Below are positions 38,528 through 57,335 of a DNA stretch of 64,000 nucleotides, in pieces. The first letter of the stretch is position 1; each line of letters begins with the position of its first letter. The stretch covers positions 58,900,001-58,964,000 of the forward strand of contig OZ024745.1 in assembly GCA_964016885.1 (NCBI GenBank), written 5' to 3'. Both the position numbers and the translations under genes were made by a program. Origin of the DNA: Eledone cirrhosa. Taxonomy: Eukaryota. Under the pieces are notes generated by a model that was not told the DNA's origin, did not search any database, and saw only the letters and a list, made by a program, of their open reading frames with translations.

Positions 38528-40480
38528 CCTTCGACTTTCAACTAAATAAAATGGTTAGTCGAATACTGATGTCGCTATAGTAGACTTTTCTCTTCCTCTT
38601 TAATATGACACCTTATTAGAAATTTATGTTATCAGTGAAGGTATATGAGGAAAACATTATGAGTGAAAGTCGTTAGTTAACCAGTTGTTTTTTTTAAGTA
38701 AAGTCCTATGATTCTGTGGAAAATATAGCTATTGACATACATAATTTTGTACATCCATACAAGTGTTTTCATATCGAGAAATGAAGCACGTTTAAACGTC
38801 AACTAAATCTGACCTCTATCAACAGTAAAAGATATAAATAATGATTTTTTTTTTTACATACATGTGTTAGATATAATACTGTATGATGCTCACATCTTTC
38901 TCAAAGGCCTTAGTGGCATAAAAGAATAGAAATTTACTTCAGCGGGGAATCTAAACGGGTTGCATTGGGCTTACATCATGTCGTACAATGCTCACCACCA
39001 AAAACTAACGTAAACAACATACTGAACGTTAACACCCATGCATACATACATAAAACCAGAAGAACATACATACATACACAACGAAAAACTGTACCAGCGA
39101 CCAATTGGATCCTCCTTTCAAAATGTTGTTAGAACTATGAGTGACGATCGAACTAAGGACCAGGACAATAACAAGACACATCTGCCGCTATTACACGTAT
39201 AAATGAATGAGCAAATGAAAATGATTGAAAATTAAAACAGAGCTCACAGCAACATTTAAGCTAATTTCGCTATTTCCATAGACAAATCGCAGCAGAAAAA
39301 AAAACAACTGTGATGCGAATTGATAACAAATCTACTGTCTCGTTGTTATTGGTGATCGATCGAGAACACGTAGAATAAAACGAAAACCCCAGGTTTTGAA
39401 CGATAAATGTTCTACTATTTTGTTGTAACTATTCTTAAACAGATGGGAATAAGAGATCGATCGCAGTGATAATACAACCGAAATAGATCAAATCCCTTCA
39501 AAGAAAATTAACAGCTTATAGAAAAACACTAAACACCTGTCGCAAAGTGAACAATAGATTGACGAATAACATGTGACTATGCAATTTGTCGATGGGAGGC
39601 AGTGACAAGTAAGTAAATTAATTAACCCTCAAACACGAATTTGGAGCAGTAAGTGAAAAGCGTCGTTGGTGTAAGAAATATTCAAATATTTGAATGTTTG
39701 CCCGAATGTTTGCCCGAAATCCACAAGGCATTATTTTGTGGGTAATTGCTGGCCTTGTGCCAAAAATAGAAACAATTATTTTGTTTTATGGAACACAATA
39801 CTGTCATGGTTGTAAAGACTGCTTTTCAAAATGACTTGGAATCATTTTGGAAGAAGAGAGGAAATCTGGACTGTAAACAAATAACACAACTCTGGTATAA
39901 TATGGTCAAATAAACTAGTGTGAGTATTGTGCAAATGTTTCTTTTAAAACCTGACATCAGTGAAACTCTCCAGACAATTATAGTAAAATTACTGAATGGA
40001 AAAACATATGGGGAAGACTTGATAGTCTGTTGCTTGTATAAGAAGCTTACGTCTTACAGGATAGCTCTCGTCAACAGATGCTTAACTTGATATTGACGTA
40101 TCAAAAACAAAACTATATATTTTTTTTACATCTAAACACCTGTCTGGCGACAACGCATAGGATAATTGTTGCATAACGATGTTTTGATGCTTTTGAAATG
40201 TACATAAGGGGTTTGATGTAATGAAATAAACTGGTGCTGAATAAGTGATACCGTTTCTCTTCCTTCTCTTAATATTGATACTCTGTCTGATATCATACGT
40301 AATACCTGAGTGTACCAACGATGTGTAGTTCTTTCGTCCGATTACACCATAGATGATCGATTGCTTGGATCAACCAACACTGTTTATCGAAATATATCTA
40401 TATTGATAGAAGGCGCGTGGCTGAGTGGTTGTGAGTTCTATTCCCGGACCGAGCGATGCGTTATGTCCTTGAGCAAGACG

Positions 40481-41042
<562 letters not shown>

Positions 41043-41062
41043 CTCTCTATATATATATATAT

Positions 41063-41679
41063 AGTTTTAATATAGATGAGATTCTACAGGACTAGAACTG
41101 TTTCATTCTTTAGAAATCATCAGGAATCTGGGTATCAAAAAATAAATATGGTATTTATAGGTTTCTTCAGGTGGTAGGAGAGGGTAGGGAGTGGGATGGG
41201 TGTAGGTCATTGGTTGATAGAAAAGGGAATTCATTAAAAGCTAATTCTTCAAAGCTATAGTTTATATTTAGAGTAACAAAGGCAGAAAGAATTCTATAAA
41301 CAAGTTCAGAATGGGGTGCCACTCCTTATTATTGAGAAACTTAAAAATAAGGAGTGGCATCCCATTCTGAACTTGTTTATAGAATTCTTTCTGCCTTTGT
41401 TACTCTAAATATAAACTATAGCTTTGAAGAATTAGCTTTTAATGAATTCCCTTTTCTATCAACCAATGACCTACACCCATCCCACTCCCCACCCTCTCCT
41501 ACCACCTGAAGAGACCTATAAATACCATACTTACTTTTTGATACCCAGATTCCTGATGATTTCTAAAGAATGAAACAGTTCTAGTCCTGTAGAATCTCAT
41601 CTATATTAAAACTTTTATACTCTGCAATGTATTGAGTTCCTTACTTACTGTGGTTACCTCCGATTCAACCCGGAATAAC

Positions 41680-41682
<3 letters not shown>
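41063..41682 (+). mobile_element. ORF-less inverted pLTR hairpin (arms of about 268 bp, 41063-41613) plus a tail
   Basis: Near-perfect palindrome centred near 41338, with a hammerhead in each arm. Confidence 0.88.
41547..41597 (+). ncRNA. Type I hammerhead (mirror copy on - at about 41079-41129)
   Basis: agattc-CTGATGA-tttctaaagaat-GAAA-cagttctagtcctg-TA-gaatct. Confidence 0.88.
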
Positions 41683-41739
<57 letters not shown>

Positions 41740-42019
41740 ACTCAACATTAGGATTATTTATCTTGCGTTAGCATAGTTCACCGATCTGACGGAGCTTTAC
41801 CGTTCCAACGAGTCAACGAGTGAGCCACTATGCGGTCAATTTCTCTGCTAAAACTAACAACTAAATTTCCACAAATAACATTTCCTTGGCTTAAAAAGGG
41901 AATGACACAACAGGAAATGTAATTCTAGACGTACTATATCTAGAAACATAAGACAAGATGCTCATGAGTGGAAAGCATTTTGATCATGGGTCTCCTGAAT
42001 CAGGGAAACTATATCGACA

Positions 42020-42195
42020 AGGCGGCGAATTGGCAGAGTCGTTAGAACTTCGGATAGAATGCTTTATGGTATTTGTTCCGGCTCTCTGCTTTCGGAGTTC
42101 AAATCTCGCCGAGATCAACTTTGCCTTTCATTCTTTCGAGGTCAATAAAAAAAAAAGTACGTCTAGTACTGGGGGGTCGATTCTTCCTCTCCCTG
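42020..42195 (+). mobile_element. tRNA-derived SINE
   Basis: ggcggcgaattggcagagtcgttaga head, gagttcaaatc B-box, core. Confidence 0.75.
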
Positions 42196-42643
42196 GAAGA
42201 AATCTGCTGTACTCAGGCTTGGCGAGGGATGGGCTCCGCCAGGCTTAAAATGCCCAAGAAACGCCGTATATCAATACGGCGCTCCTACGACTCTATCAGG
42301 AGTTACGGGACCATATATAGATACATACATAACAACAAAGTAGGTAAACATTATTGATAAAGCAACAGGGAGAACTGTATAAGTGACGAGTATGTTGCCT
42401 TAGGCCGACATAAACCTCTAATAAAGCAGATAGAATCAATTGGTTTGTAGAGCTTGGATGTCCCATATGGATGCATAACTTCAATTCGTATGAGAAGATA
42501 CTTTAATTATTGTTATGTCTCAGTGCCACATCATTTGTTATATCCGTTGTGCAACTAATTCAAATGTTGCAGTAACTATAGAAACTTCATTACCTGATTA
42601 ATAATGCCAACATTATAGAATGTCAGACTTTGTCTCATCTCCC

Positions 42644-42732
<89 letters not shown>

Positions 42733-42801
42733 ATAAGATAGTTCTAATGCTATTCTTTCTCTCTGTCCAGCCTTTCATGCGTTACGTATTTGTTTAACTC
42801 T

Positions 42802-42932
<131 letters not shown>

Positions 42933-42947
42933 TTATTTATTTATATA

Positions 42948-42978
<31 letters not shown>

Positions 42979-43167
42979 TTATTTGTGTCTGTGTCTGTGT
43001 GTCTGTGTGTCTGTGTGTGTGTGTGTGTGTGTGCATTATTGTGCTATGCATATTACTTTATCTCTTCTTTTTTTGTTAATTTTTCCTTCTTTCTCTCGTA
43101 TTCTCAAATAATCACTCATTATTACTTCTAAATTATTTCTACACATACACTCATTCACAGATTTCCA

Positions 43168-43258
<91 letters not shown>

Positions 43259-43789
43259 TATCTCTCTCTCTCTCTCCCTCCATCTCTCTCTCTCTCTCTC
43301 TCTCACATACACAGACATATACACAGTCAACATCATCACCAGTCTCTCTGTCGACAAAAGCTTTCAAAGTATTTCTGTAAGAAATATTTATTGTTTTCCT
43401 ACCGCTACTGCTGTTGCTGCTGTTGTTGTTGTTGTTGTTGTTGGGATCTATTCTTAATGTTCTTATTTAATCAACTTTGTGTTTTTCTTAATAAAATCTG
43501 CACATTTCAGCAGGGATGTATTTGGTAGGGAACAGTCGCTCCCCCTGAATGCATTCTTCCAAAGTGAAACCTGATAAACAATTGTTAACTTATTAACTCT
43601 ATTATGCAATAATTTCGGGTGGTGGTGGTGGTGGGGAGGGGTTATATTTTTATTTATTTTATACCACGGCCTTAAAAGAACTTTCCAGGCTCTTTGTTTT
43701 GAAATGTGTACCCAGTTTCCTGTAACGCTTGACAACATTCTAGGTGTATTTTTTTGTTATATATTTCAACCAGAATTGCAGCCCGCCAA

Positions 43790-44590
43790 ACTCAACTGCA
43801 AAGTACCGCTACCACAGCGCATCTTTGCTCATCAAAAGCTATGGCATGCTGAAGCCCTGGAGCAGAGCTGTTAGCAACAGGTGGCTCACCTAACTAATGA
43901 AGCAAGATCTTTCCACAAGAAGGGTAATCATTTCAATTTGGCCAGATGAAAATCGAAACAAGGATCAACATCAAGGTACTAAATTATGTCAGAGGCAATG
44001 TAGGCGTTCGCCATCTCTTCCCTACCTTTTAGGAATAGCTTTTTCTCCGCCAATTTCTACTCGCTATCCTGCTTGTAACCTCACTCTGTCTACCTAGAAA
44101 TCCGCACCGAAAGAAATCGAAGCAAGTTAATCGGTTTATCGGTCCAGCGCCCTACGATCTTATCCGACTGCATAGACTAACCTCTCTCGGTACCGAGCTT
44201 CAAGCCCACTCACTTGTCAGGGTTTATTTTATCTATCACCACTTTGTATTTCTTTAGAGCGATGCCGTCCATCTCCACTTCCGTACTGTCTGTCCAGTAC
44301 GATTGCGGTGCCGGCATTTTCGGATGCCAATAACCATTTTTCACGTCCCAATTCGAATTGGGAGAGATCGAATCTCAACAGCTCTATCTTTCACAGCAGT
44401 GGTTCGAGTGCCTGTAAATACAGACGAGTTAGGAAAGGACACGCCTGGCAGGCCAAACACTCTGTACGAAACAGTTCCCAGGGGTGACTGTCTAATCTGA
44501 CCACGGAGTAGGTGTCATTGTGTGATTCTGTAATACAGCCTCTGGAAACGAGACTGAAACCGGCCGCTCTAAGTACAGCTGCCATGAAGA
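43790..44590 (-). pseudogene. Degenerate Tx1/L1-like RT fragment; a sub-fragment is duplicated at 50668-50843
   Basis: AVLRAAGF, VGRWTDKP and LKGREEMANAYIAS match the 46-49 kb element. Confidence 0.75.
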
Positions 44591-44905
44591 CAACAACAAC
44601 AACAAAGAAGAAGAAGAAGAAGAAGAAGAAGAAGAAGAAGAAGAAGAAGAAGAAGAAGAAGACCAAAAATATAAAAAAATATAAAAAAATTAAAAGAGAA
44701 AAAAGAATAGAGCCATGGACGGGGAAGGTGGAGGGGGAGACGGAAGAAGAAGAAGAAGAAGAAGAAGAAGAAGAAGAAGAAGAAGAAGAAGAAGAAGAAG
44801 AAGAAGAAGAAGAAGAAGAAGAAAAATAATAAGAAGAAAATGAAGAAGAAGAAGAAGAAGAAGAAGAAGAAGAAGAAGAAGAAGAAGAAGAAGAAGAAGA
44901 AGAAG

Positions 44906-44945
<40 letters not shown>

Positions 44946-45077
44946 GCAACACCAACAACAACAACAACAACGGCAGCAGCAGCAACAACAACAACAACGA
45001 CAGCAGCAACACCAACACCAACAACAACAACAGCAACACCACCACCACCAACAACAACAACAGCAACACCAACAACA
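44590..45077. repeat. Compound trinucleotide microsatellite (AAG)n/(AAC)n/(CAG,CAC)
   Basis: Seen directly. Confidence 0.95.
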
Positions 45078-45419
45078 TGGTGAGGCAGCCAGTGTATATA
45101 ATGATGTTTGATAGGAACATTGTCGTGCAACATCTGTCAATTTAGATTTAATTCAAGTTTAAAAACAACAACAACACGTGTTACCATTCATTATAATGGT
45201 GGTGGGAGGGGGGGGGATTTATTCCCTTTTATTGATGTCATTAATAATCTTTAACGTGGTGAGAAGGGGAAGCAATCAATTCGGTATTAGAATCATTTCA
45301 GAAAAATATTGATTTATCATTTAGGCAAAACATTTCTATTCATTTAAAGGGTTGATGCAAATGTCGGAAATGTGTAAAGTGTACGAGCAATGATGTCGTA
45401 GTTTTTGTTGTTGTTGTGT

Positions 45420-45469
<50 letters not shown>

Positions 45470-45764
45470 TCCCAGGTCAAACTTGATTTTTTTACAACGT
45501 ATTTTGAAGGTGGATGGCATAGCAACTAACTATAGTTGCAGAACCTTTAAAGTTGGTGAGAAGGAGGAAGGAGGAGGAGGAGGAGAAGAAAGATCGAAGA
45601 CATGATGGATAACAAGTGTAAACTCTACTAAATTCATCCAAGGACTAGGTGGTGGAATTCACCAATAGTCAAAGATGTTCTGGCCGTGCCCATCCAGTGC
45701 AGCCACAGACTACATTATCCTATACTTCCTACATTTTGTAAGATATTATGGTGTTTGCGTGGAT

Positions 45765-45942
45765 TGGTAGTATCGGTAGAGGGTCGGACTCCATGCTTTC
45801 CAGCATAGTTACATCCCTTTACGGTCTGAGTTCAAATCCCGCCGAGGTTAACTTTGCCTTTCATCCTTACGGGGTCGATAAAATAAAGTACCAGTAATTT
45901 ACTGAGTAATTGATAGCCTTGTGCCAAAAGTGGAAACAATTA
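45765..45942 (+). mobile_element. tRNA-derived SINE
   Basis: Near-consensus copy, very similar to 55805-55985. Confidence 0.85.
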
Positions 45943-46187
45943 TGGTGTTTGATTTAAGGGAGATTTTATCAACTATTTCTAGTAAATCTAGTGACAACGT
46001 AGAAGAACCCTTACTTAATATGAATACCGATAGGTGTTCAGAAAGAAATGAAGGATATCTATCTGTATGTATATCTATCTATCTATCTATCTATCACGTT
46101 TTCATTGTATGTAAACTTCCCCCTTTGTATTTGTCCCCTTCTTTTGTGCCCATGTGGCTAATAAAGAAACATATCTATCTATCTATC

Positions 46188-50011
<3,824 letters not shown>

Positions 50012-50016
<5 letters not shown>

Positions 50017-50066
50017 AGTATGTGTGTATACGTACATACATATATGTATACAGACGTACAGTAGCA

Positions 50067-50122
<56 letters not shown>

Positions 50123-50412
50123 CAGGTACACATACATATATGCACGTATCAGTTTAGCAGACGCTTATTATAACGCCGCTTTGTTCGTTTGTAAACAAAC
50201 TGAACAGCCTGAATTTTTATGCCGTACGGTGTTAAGGCAACCACGTCACCTTTTTGTTCAACACTGACACAGGAACGATGTACTAGTTTTAAGCTTGTTA
50301 GCTATCATCAGCACCGTATACCCATCTGCCAGATAGTTGAACGTTCGAAAGTATATACTTTCCTTATGAAAATTAACGGCTGAGCAGCCTAATTTGCATA
50401 TTGAGTGAGCTA
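50012..50412 (-). mobile_element. Copy of the 1205-1688 family; its hammerhead at 50275-50317 has GAAA changed to AAAA
   Basis: High similarity to 1399-1688 in reverse orientation. Confidence 0.8.
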
Positions 50413-50581
50413 ATATATATATATATCCAGATCGTGAAGGTCACCTCGTGTTCCTCGATCACGGTACGTTCTGTTGTATTGTGGAGAACCGTTTTGGTGA
50501 GGACTCGACAAGAGGTCATCGACGAAAGAAATGCCAGCTAAACACACACACATGTATATATATATATATACACATATATAT

Positions 50582-50669
<88 letters not shown>

Positions 50670-50841
50670 CCGACTGCATAGACTAACCTCTCTCGGTACC
50701 GAGCTTCAAGCCCACTCACTTGTTAGGGTTTATTTTATCTATCACCACTTTGTATTTCTTTAGAGCGATGCCGTCCATCTCCACTTCCGTACTGTCTGTC
50801 CAGTACGATTGCGGTGCCCTCATTTACGGATGCCAATAACC

Positions 50842-50917
<76 letters not shown>

Positions 50918-50918
<1 letters not shown>

Positions 50919-51284
50919 AGAGGTTCTCAAACTTTTGGGGGCCACAAGCCTCCTTACAGCCACGCAATAGCCTTAGTGCTCCCCACGCCTATTTCCAGAC
51001 AGACCTGCCTGCACGCAAATTGTAAATAATATAAAATAGATAAAATAGTTAATTTATATATAATTTATAAACAATAAATAATATAATATATATTATGTAT
51101 AAATAAATATTATATATTTCTATTTTACTATATTTATACATAATATTTGATATTTAATAAACATTTGATATTTAATATACTATTATATCATCTCTACCAC
51201 CCCATTAGGCCCCAGCGCTCCCCTGGACCACCACCCCTCCAAGCCCGACGTGGGTGGCCGTAGCACCCACTTTCAGAACCTCTG
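50918..51284. mobile_element. hAT (Charlie-like) MITE
   Basis: TIRs CAGAGGTTCTCAAA / TTTCAGAACCTCTG; no 8-bp TSD visible. Confidence 0.65.
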
Positions 51285-51741
51285 TTTTAAACGAATAAAA
51301 CAGTTCTAGACCTACAGAACTGATTTCTAGTTAATGCATTGAGTGATTTAATAATGGTCGCCCTCCGTTGCTCTTCCAAACACCATCACTTATGTATGTA
51401 TGTATGTATGTATGTATGTATGTATGTATGTATGTATGTATGTATGTATGTATGTATGTATGTATGTATGTATGTATGTATGTATGTGTGTATGTATGTA
51501 TGTATGAATGTATGTATGTATGTACGTATGTGTGTATGTATGTATGTATGTATGTATGTACGTATGTGTGTATATGTATGTATATATATATATGTGTGTG
51601 TATATGTATGTATATATGTATGTGTGTATATATAAATATATGTATGTATATATATATAACTATATATATGAGTGTGTGTGTGTGTGTTTGAGTATATATA
51701 TATACGCACACATACTTATACACACATACATATATATATAT

Positions 51742-51834
51742 ATTTTCATTACATCTCTTCTTTCCATGATATCCGGAATACATTGAGTTCTTCATACGGA
51801 TTGGACACTACCGTAAACTCTTGGTAGATTTATC

Positions 51835-51838
<4 letters not shown>
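51742..51838 (+). repeat. Solo copy of the PLE 3' tail, matching about 35199-35295
   Basis: Sequence match of about 97 nt, between (TA)n tracts. Confidence 0.85.
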
Positions 51839-51911
<73 letters not shown>

Positions 51912-51985
51912 CGTAAAATAAGAAAATTATAAAATTAACTTACTTACTAAAATATTGTATATATATGTTACTAGATATATTAGTT

Positions 51986-52042
<57 letters not shown>

Positions 52043-52451
52043 CACATACATATATACATACATATATATATATATATATACACATACATATACACACATA
52101 CATATATACATAAATTTACACACATACATATACACACATGCATATGCACATGCATATATATATATATATACACACATACATATATACATACATATACACA
52201 CACATACATACATACATGCATACATACATGCATACATACATACATACATACATACATACATACATACATACATACATACATACATGCATACATGCATACA
52301 TACATACATACATACATACATACATGCATACATACATGCATACATGCATACATACATACATACATACATACATACATACATACATACATACATACATACA
52401 TACATACATGCATACATACATGCATACATACATACATACATTCATACATAC

Positions 52452-52930
52452 ATGAAGGAATACTGGTGGAACCTGAAAATAAAAACTGCCACCAAATTAA
52501 AGCACAACCGGCCTGATATTGTAGTTTGGGACCACACATTGAAAACGTGTTCTGTTGTGGAGATCAGCTGCCCACTTGATGTAAACGTTGTCAGAAAAAT
52601 ACAGGAGAAGGAGGACATCTACGGACCATTGATGAGGAGCTTACAAATCCAGTATCCAAGATACACCTTTAGCTTCATACCCATCATTATTGGTGCTACG
52701 GGTTATATACCAACCCGCTTGGACCAAAGTATGACCGAACTTGGATTTGCGGACAAAAAGCGCAGCTCCCTAATTCATAGTCTACAAATGGCTGCGATAG
52801 CTGGCACCTTCAAAATATGCAAAACATTCTTGCGATTCAAGGGATGACAATTTCTTTTCTTTTACAACCTTGCCACCAGGAAGGTGGCCGGTCAAAAAAA
52901 TATACTCGAAATTAAGAGAAAGAGAAAACA
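52452..52930 (+). mobile_element. 3' end of an R4-like non-LTR element (restriction-like endonuclease) in (CATA)n
   Basis: [10 protein letters not shown]...VVEISCP...K..K.Y...PIIIGATG, followed by a short 3' UTR. Confidence 0.88.
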
Positions 52931-53186
52931 TGCATACATACATGCATACATGCATACATACATACATACATGCATACATATATACATACATACATGCATA
53001 CATACATGCATACATACATACATACATACATACATACATACATACATACATACATACATACATGCATACATACATACATACATACATACATACATACATA
53101 CATGTATGCATACATACATACATACATACATACATACATACATACATACATACATGCATACATGCATACATACATACATACATACA

Positions 53187-53529
53187 TGTCAGAAAAATAC
53201 AGGAGAAGGAGGACATCTACGGACCATTGATGAGGAGTTTACAAATCCAGTATCCAAGATACACCTTTAGCTTCATACCCATCATTATTGGTGCTACGGG
53301 TTATATACCAACCCGCTTGGACCAAAGTATGACTGAAGTTGGATTTGCGGACAAAAAGCGCAGCTCCCTAATTCATAGTCTACAAATGGCTGCGATAGCT
53401 GGCACCTTCAAAATTTGCAAAACATTCTTGCGATTCAAGGGATGACAATTTCTTTTTTTTTACAACCTGGCCACCAGGAAGGTGGCCGGTCAAAAAAATA
53501 TACGCGAAATTAAGAGAAAGAGAAAACAT
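53187..53529 (+). mobile_element. Second, shorter 3' end of the same R4-like element in (CATA)n
   Basis: Near-identical to 52590-52930. Confidence 0.88.
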
Positions 53530-54013
53530 ACATGCATACATACATGCATACATACATACATACATACATACATACATGCATATATACATACATACATGCA
53601 TACATACATACATACATACATACATACATACATACATACATACATACATACATACATACATACATACATACATACATAATGCTACGCCACCACAAACAGG
53701 TTTATATTTAAATAAATAGATGCGAATGAAGCTTTCTTCCTGCAATTTTTTTTTTGTTTTGATTTTTACACCCATTCAAATCGTAATTTACAGATTTATA
53801 AAATTCTAGAACAAAATCAATTTCACACAACAGAGATCAATCATAAAGAACTGAAATCAATCTCTTTGTAATTTGAAATTCACTAATTTCTATATATCGT
53901 CCAATATTTGGAAAATTATTTAAAACTCTATTACGTATATCTGTAAATATTTGCAAATCTATGTATGTATGTATATATGTATATATATATATATGTATAT
54001 GTATATATATATG

Positions 54014-54108
<95 letters not shown>

Positions 54109-54115
54109 GTATATA

Positions 54116-54233
<118 letters not shown>

Positions 54234-54409
54234 AGTATATATATGTATAAGTATGTATATATATATATAAGTATAAGTATATATATAAGTATATATATAT
54301 AAGTATATATACATGTGTACACATGTATATATATGTAAATGTGTGTATAAGTATATATATATATACACATAATTATATACGTAAGTATATATATATATAT
54401 ATATATATA

Positions 54410-54523
<114 letters not shown>

Positions 54524-54823
54524 ATATATATACGTATATACAGATTAATTTATTTGAATATGTATACTTATAATTATATATATAATTATACACATGTGTG
54601 TGTGTGTGTGTGTGTGTGCGTGTGTGCGTGTGTGTGTGTGTGAGTGTGTGCATGTGTGTGTGTGTATAAACGTTGTTTAACTGATCACTCGACGGTTGTG
54701 TTTATACATATTTTAATAGCATTTTTCAAATACTCTTTTCACAAAAAAGACTATAATTAAACATTTCATACGCTTGTTACATACTTAACAAATAGACTCA
54801 ATACACACACACACATGCGTGCG

Positions 54824-54946
<123 letters not shown>

Positions 54947-55804
54947 GTTTGATATTGACGGACGTAAGTGAAGCTCTAGAGTAACAAGACTCACCACTTA
55001 ACAGTTTTAACTAACTGTTGAAGGAAAATACTTGCTTCTTACTTTCATTTCATAATCAATGAATTTGACGATAGGCTTTTAGACATTTCTACCTATACGC
55101 ATATCTACCTATTTGGACAGTAAAAGTTTACTTATTTTGTTCGCTCATTCCAGAATGTCATTCTAAAGAACCGTCAATAATATAACCTTTAGCTTCTCCC
55201 TTTTATGCTCAACTCTACTGTTCTACATCTTGTATTTCCTCATGATTGTCTATTGCAAGAACATATTCAAAAGCCTCCCATAAAAAGTTGTGACAGTATG
55301 AAAATATGTCGGTCATTTCGTGTTAGCGAGACATTTGATCACTATATAGTTCCTTCATAAGAAAAGGCACACAAAAGTTTGGAATAGCAAATTAACATCT
55401 TGTTAAATACTGGTTTAAATGTTCCTTGAGTTCTATTGCCCGAATGCTACATTAATCTAAGCCATACGCTTCAGATATCAAACTAGAAGTGTTAACAATC
55501 CTCAAAATTACAATTGATAATTTACAACCACCCATCCTCATTCGGTAGGATACACAACTTAGTGGACTTAGATTTCTTGAATAATACTAACGTCATGCAT
55601 ATACTTAGAGTAGCTCTTTCAAATATCTTAGGCCCTAATACTAAAGAAATATCAGTGTATAATTAAGGAAACGCTGCAAACCAACATATCACAGTACCCC
55701 TTCTTAATCTATTAACTATCTAGAGAATACTACCTTTCACTGCAGTACTTAATACAATTTCTAAACTTTCTGGTGCTGTGTAACACATCTTTTTTCATCG
55801 GTGA

Positions 55805-55985
55805 ATTGGCAGTATCGGTAGAGAGTCGGACGCCATGCTTTCCAGCATAGTTACGTTTCTTTACGGTCTGAGTTCAAATCCCGCCGAGGTTAACTTTGCC
55901 TTTCTTCCTTAAGGGGTCGATAAAATAAAGTACCAGTAATGTACTGGGTAATTGCTGGCCTTGTGCCAAAAGTAGAAACAATTAT
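55805..55985 (+). mobile_element. tRNA-derived SINE
   Basis: Near-consensus copy. Confidence 0.85.
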
Positions 55986-56409
55986 AATGAGACATTTAAA
56001 GATGGTTTGGGTTTGGGTTTCGGTTTCGGTGCTGACACTTATACAGACTTTCAAGAAAATTGACATTGAAATTTTGTGCCACAAACTCATAGTTTATATT
56101 TTCAACTTTCTGAAACGTTAGGATCAAAATGGTTGCAGCTAATAACATGCTATCAATTGAATGTCTTGCACGTATCAGGTACTCTTCGCGAAACTCTCAT
56201 AATGCTGACAGGAAGACATTAATAGAATTTAGTTCACTAGAATCATCAGCTACGTAGATGGCGATACCATGTGATTTAAAGAGGGTAGATCATATTCAAA
56301 ATCTGAACTCTATATTCGACTGTACACATTATAATGTGTACAATAAAATTACATTCTAGAAAAAGACAGACAGACAGACAGATAGAAGGATGCAAGCTGA
56401 ACAGCAAGA

Positions 56410-56740
56410 TGTGACAACAGATACAGACTGTGCGGAATTAACATCGAAGATGTCTCCCATATAATAAGCAGCTGTCCAAAAATGTCATCACGGTACTATC
56501 TACCTATGAGGCATGATATATTGGCAAAAACACTATACAATGCAATCCGTAAAAAGAAAAGCCCCGACAATAAATATATAAAAAGTTACAACAATTTGGA
56601 GAACATATCCACACATTATATGAAAGAGTAAATCCAAACATAACAGACCAGACATAGTGATATGGGATAGAGAAAACAAGGCTCAGTAGTTGAAGTCAGC
56701 TATCCAGCAGATGTTAGTATAATGTTAAAGATTAGTAGAA
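56410..56740 (+). pseudogene. Degenerate R4-like fragment (CCHC knuckle, RHD and RLE motifs)
   Basis: RLCGINIEDVSHIISSCPKMSSRYYLPMRHD, then HNRPDIVIWD..VVEVS. Confidence 0.8.
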
Positions 56741-57335
56741 ATGCTATCTCTGACTGCATTCTGAGATATGCATTATGTAACTGTCACTTAATCTCGTGCT
56801 GTGTTAATCCCTAAAGCCCCTCTCCGAGAGAGACTCATCAGCAATGGCTTGGAAAATATTGGTTTTGAGAGGAATAAATGACTCTTCACAGCTCTGGTTT
56901 TCCAACACTTTTAGACATACATATACTTACTACAAGAAAATAAGATTAACTGTGAATCTATATTACTGGAAATGGCTCCAGGAACAATCTATCCACTTTA
57001 GTATGCAGCTGAGAGATTCTTTCTGTCACTGGAAGGTTTTTTATATAAATTTCGGAAAATATTTTCATATAAACTATAGAATATCAAATAAATCAAAGAA
57101 CCGAAAGATACGCTCAACTGCAACAATTCTTATCACTTGGAAATCGGTTGACAATACATTTCAATAATCGTTACTTCAATGATTTACCAAAGAGAATAAA
57201 AATGTGTGTTAATGATGCCTATTGAAGGTCTTAATATCATCTAGATAGTTGACGAATGCTGCTCATTGGGTCAAGCTTAGTAGGCTAAAGAATAGCTGTC
57301 TGTAATAGTCCATCTGTTTATATCATGTCATTGTA

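Noticed and set aside
41182-41200. G-quadruplex-like GGGTAGGGAGTGGGATGGG
   Set aside because: It lies on the antisense arm of a pLTR hairpin and there is no evidence of function.
44391-45145. Poly-C/S/F/K/E/N/L ORFs
   Set aside because: They are readings of a trinucleotide microsatellite. Only the short AVLRAAGF part is a Tx1 remnant.
45765-45850. tRNA gene (also the other SINE heads)
   Set aside because: No complete cloverleaf; the sequence continues into the SINE core and tail.
52284-53445. HTYI-repeat fusion to an endonuclease domain
   Set aside because: This is an artefact of 5'-truncated R4-like copies sitting in frame with (CATA)n.
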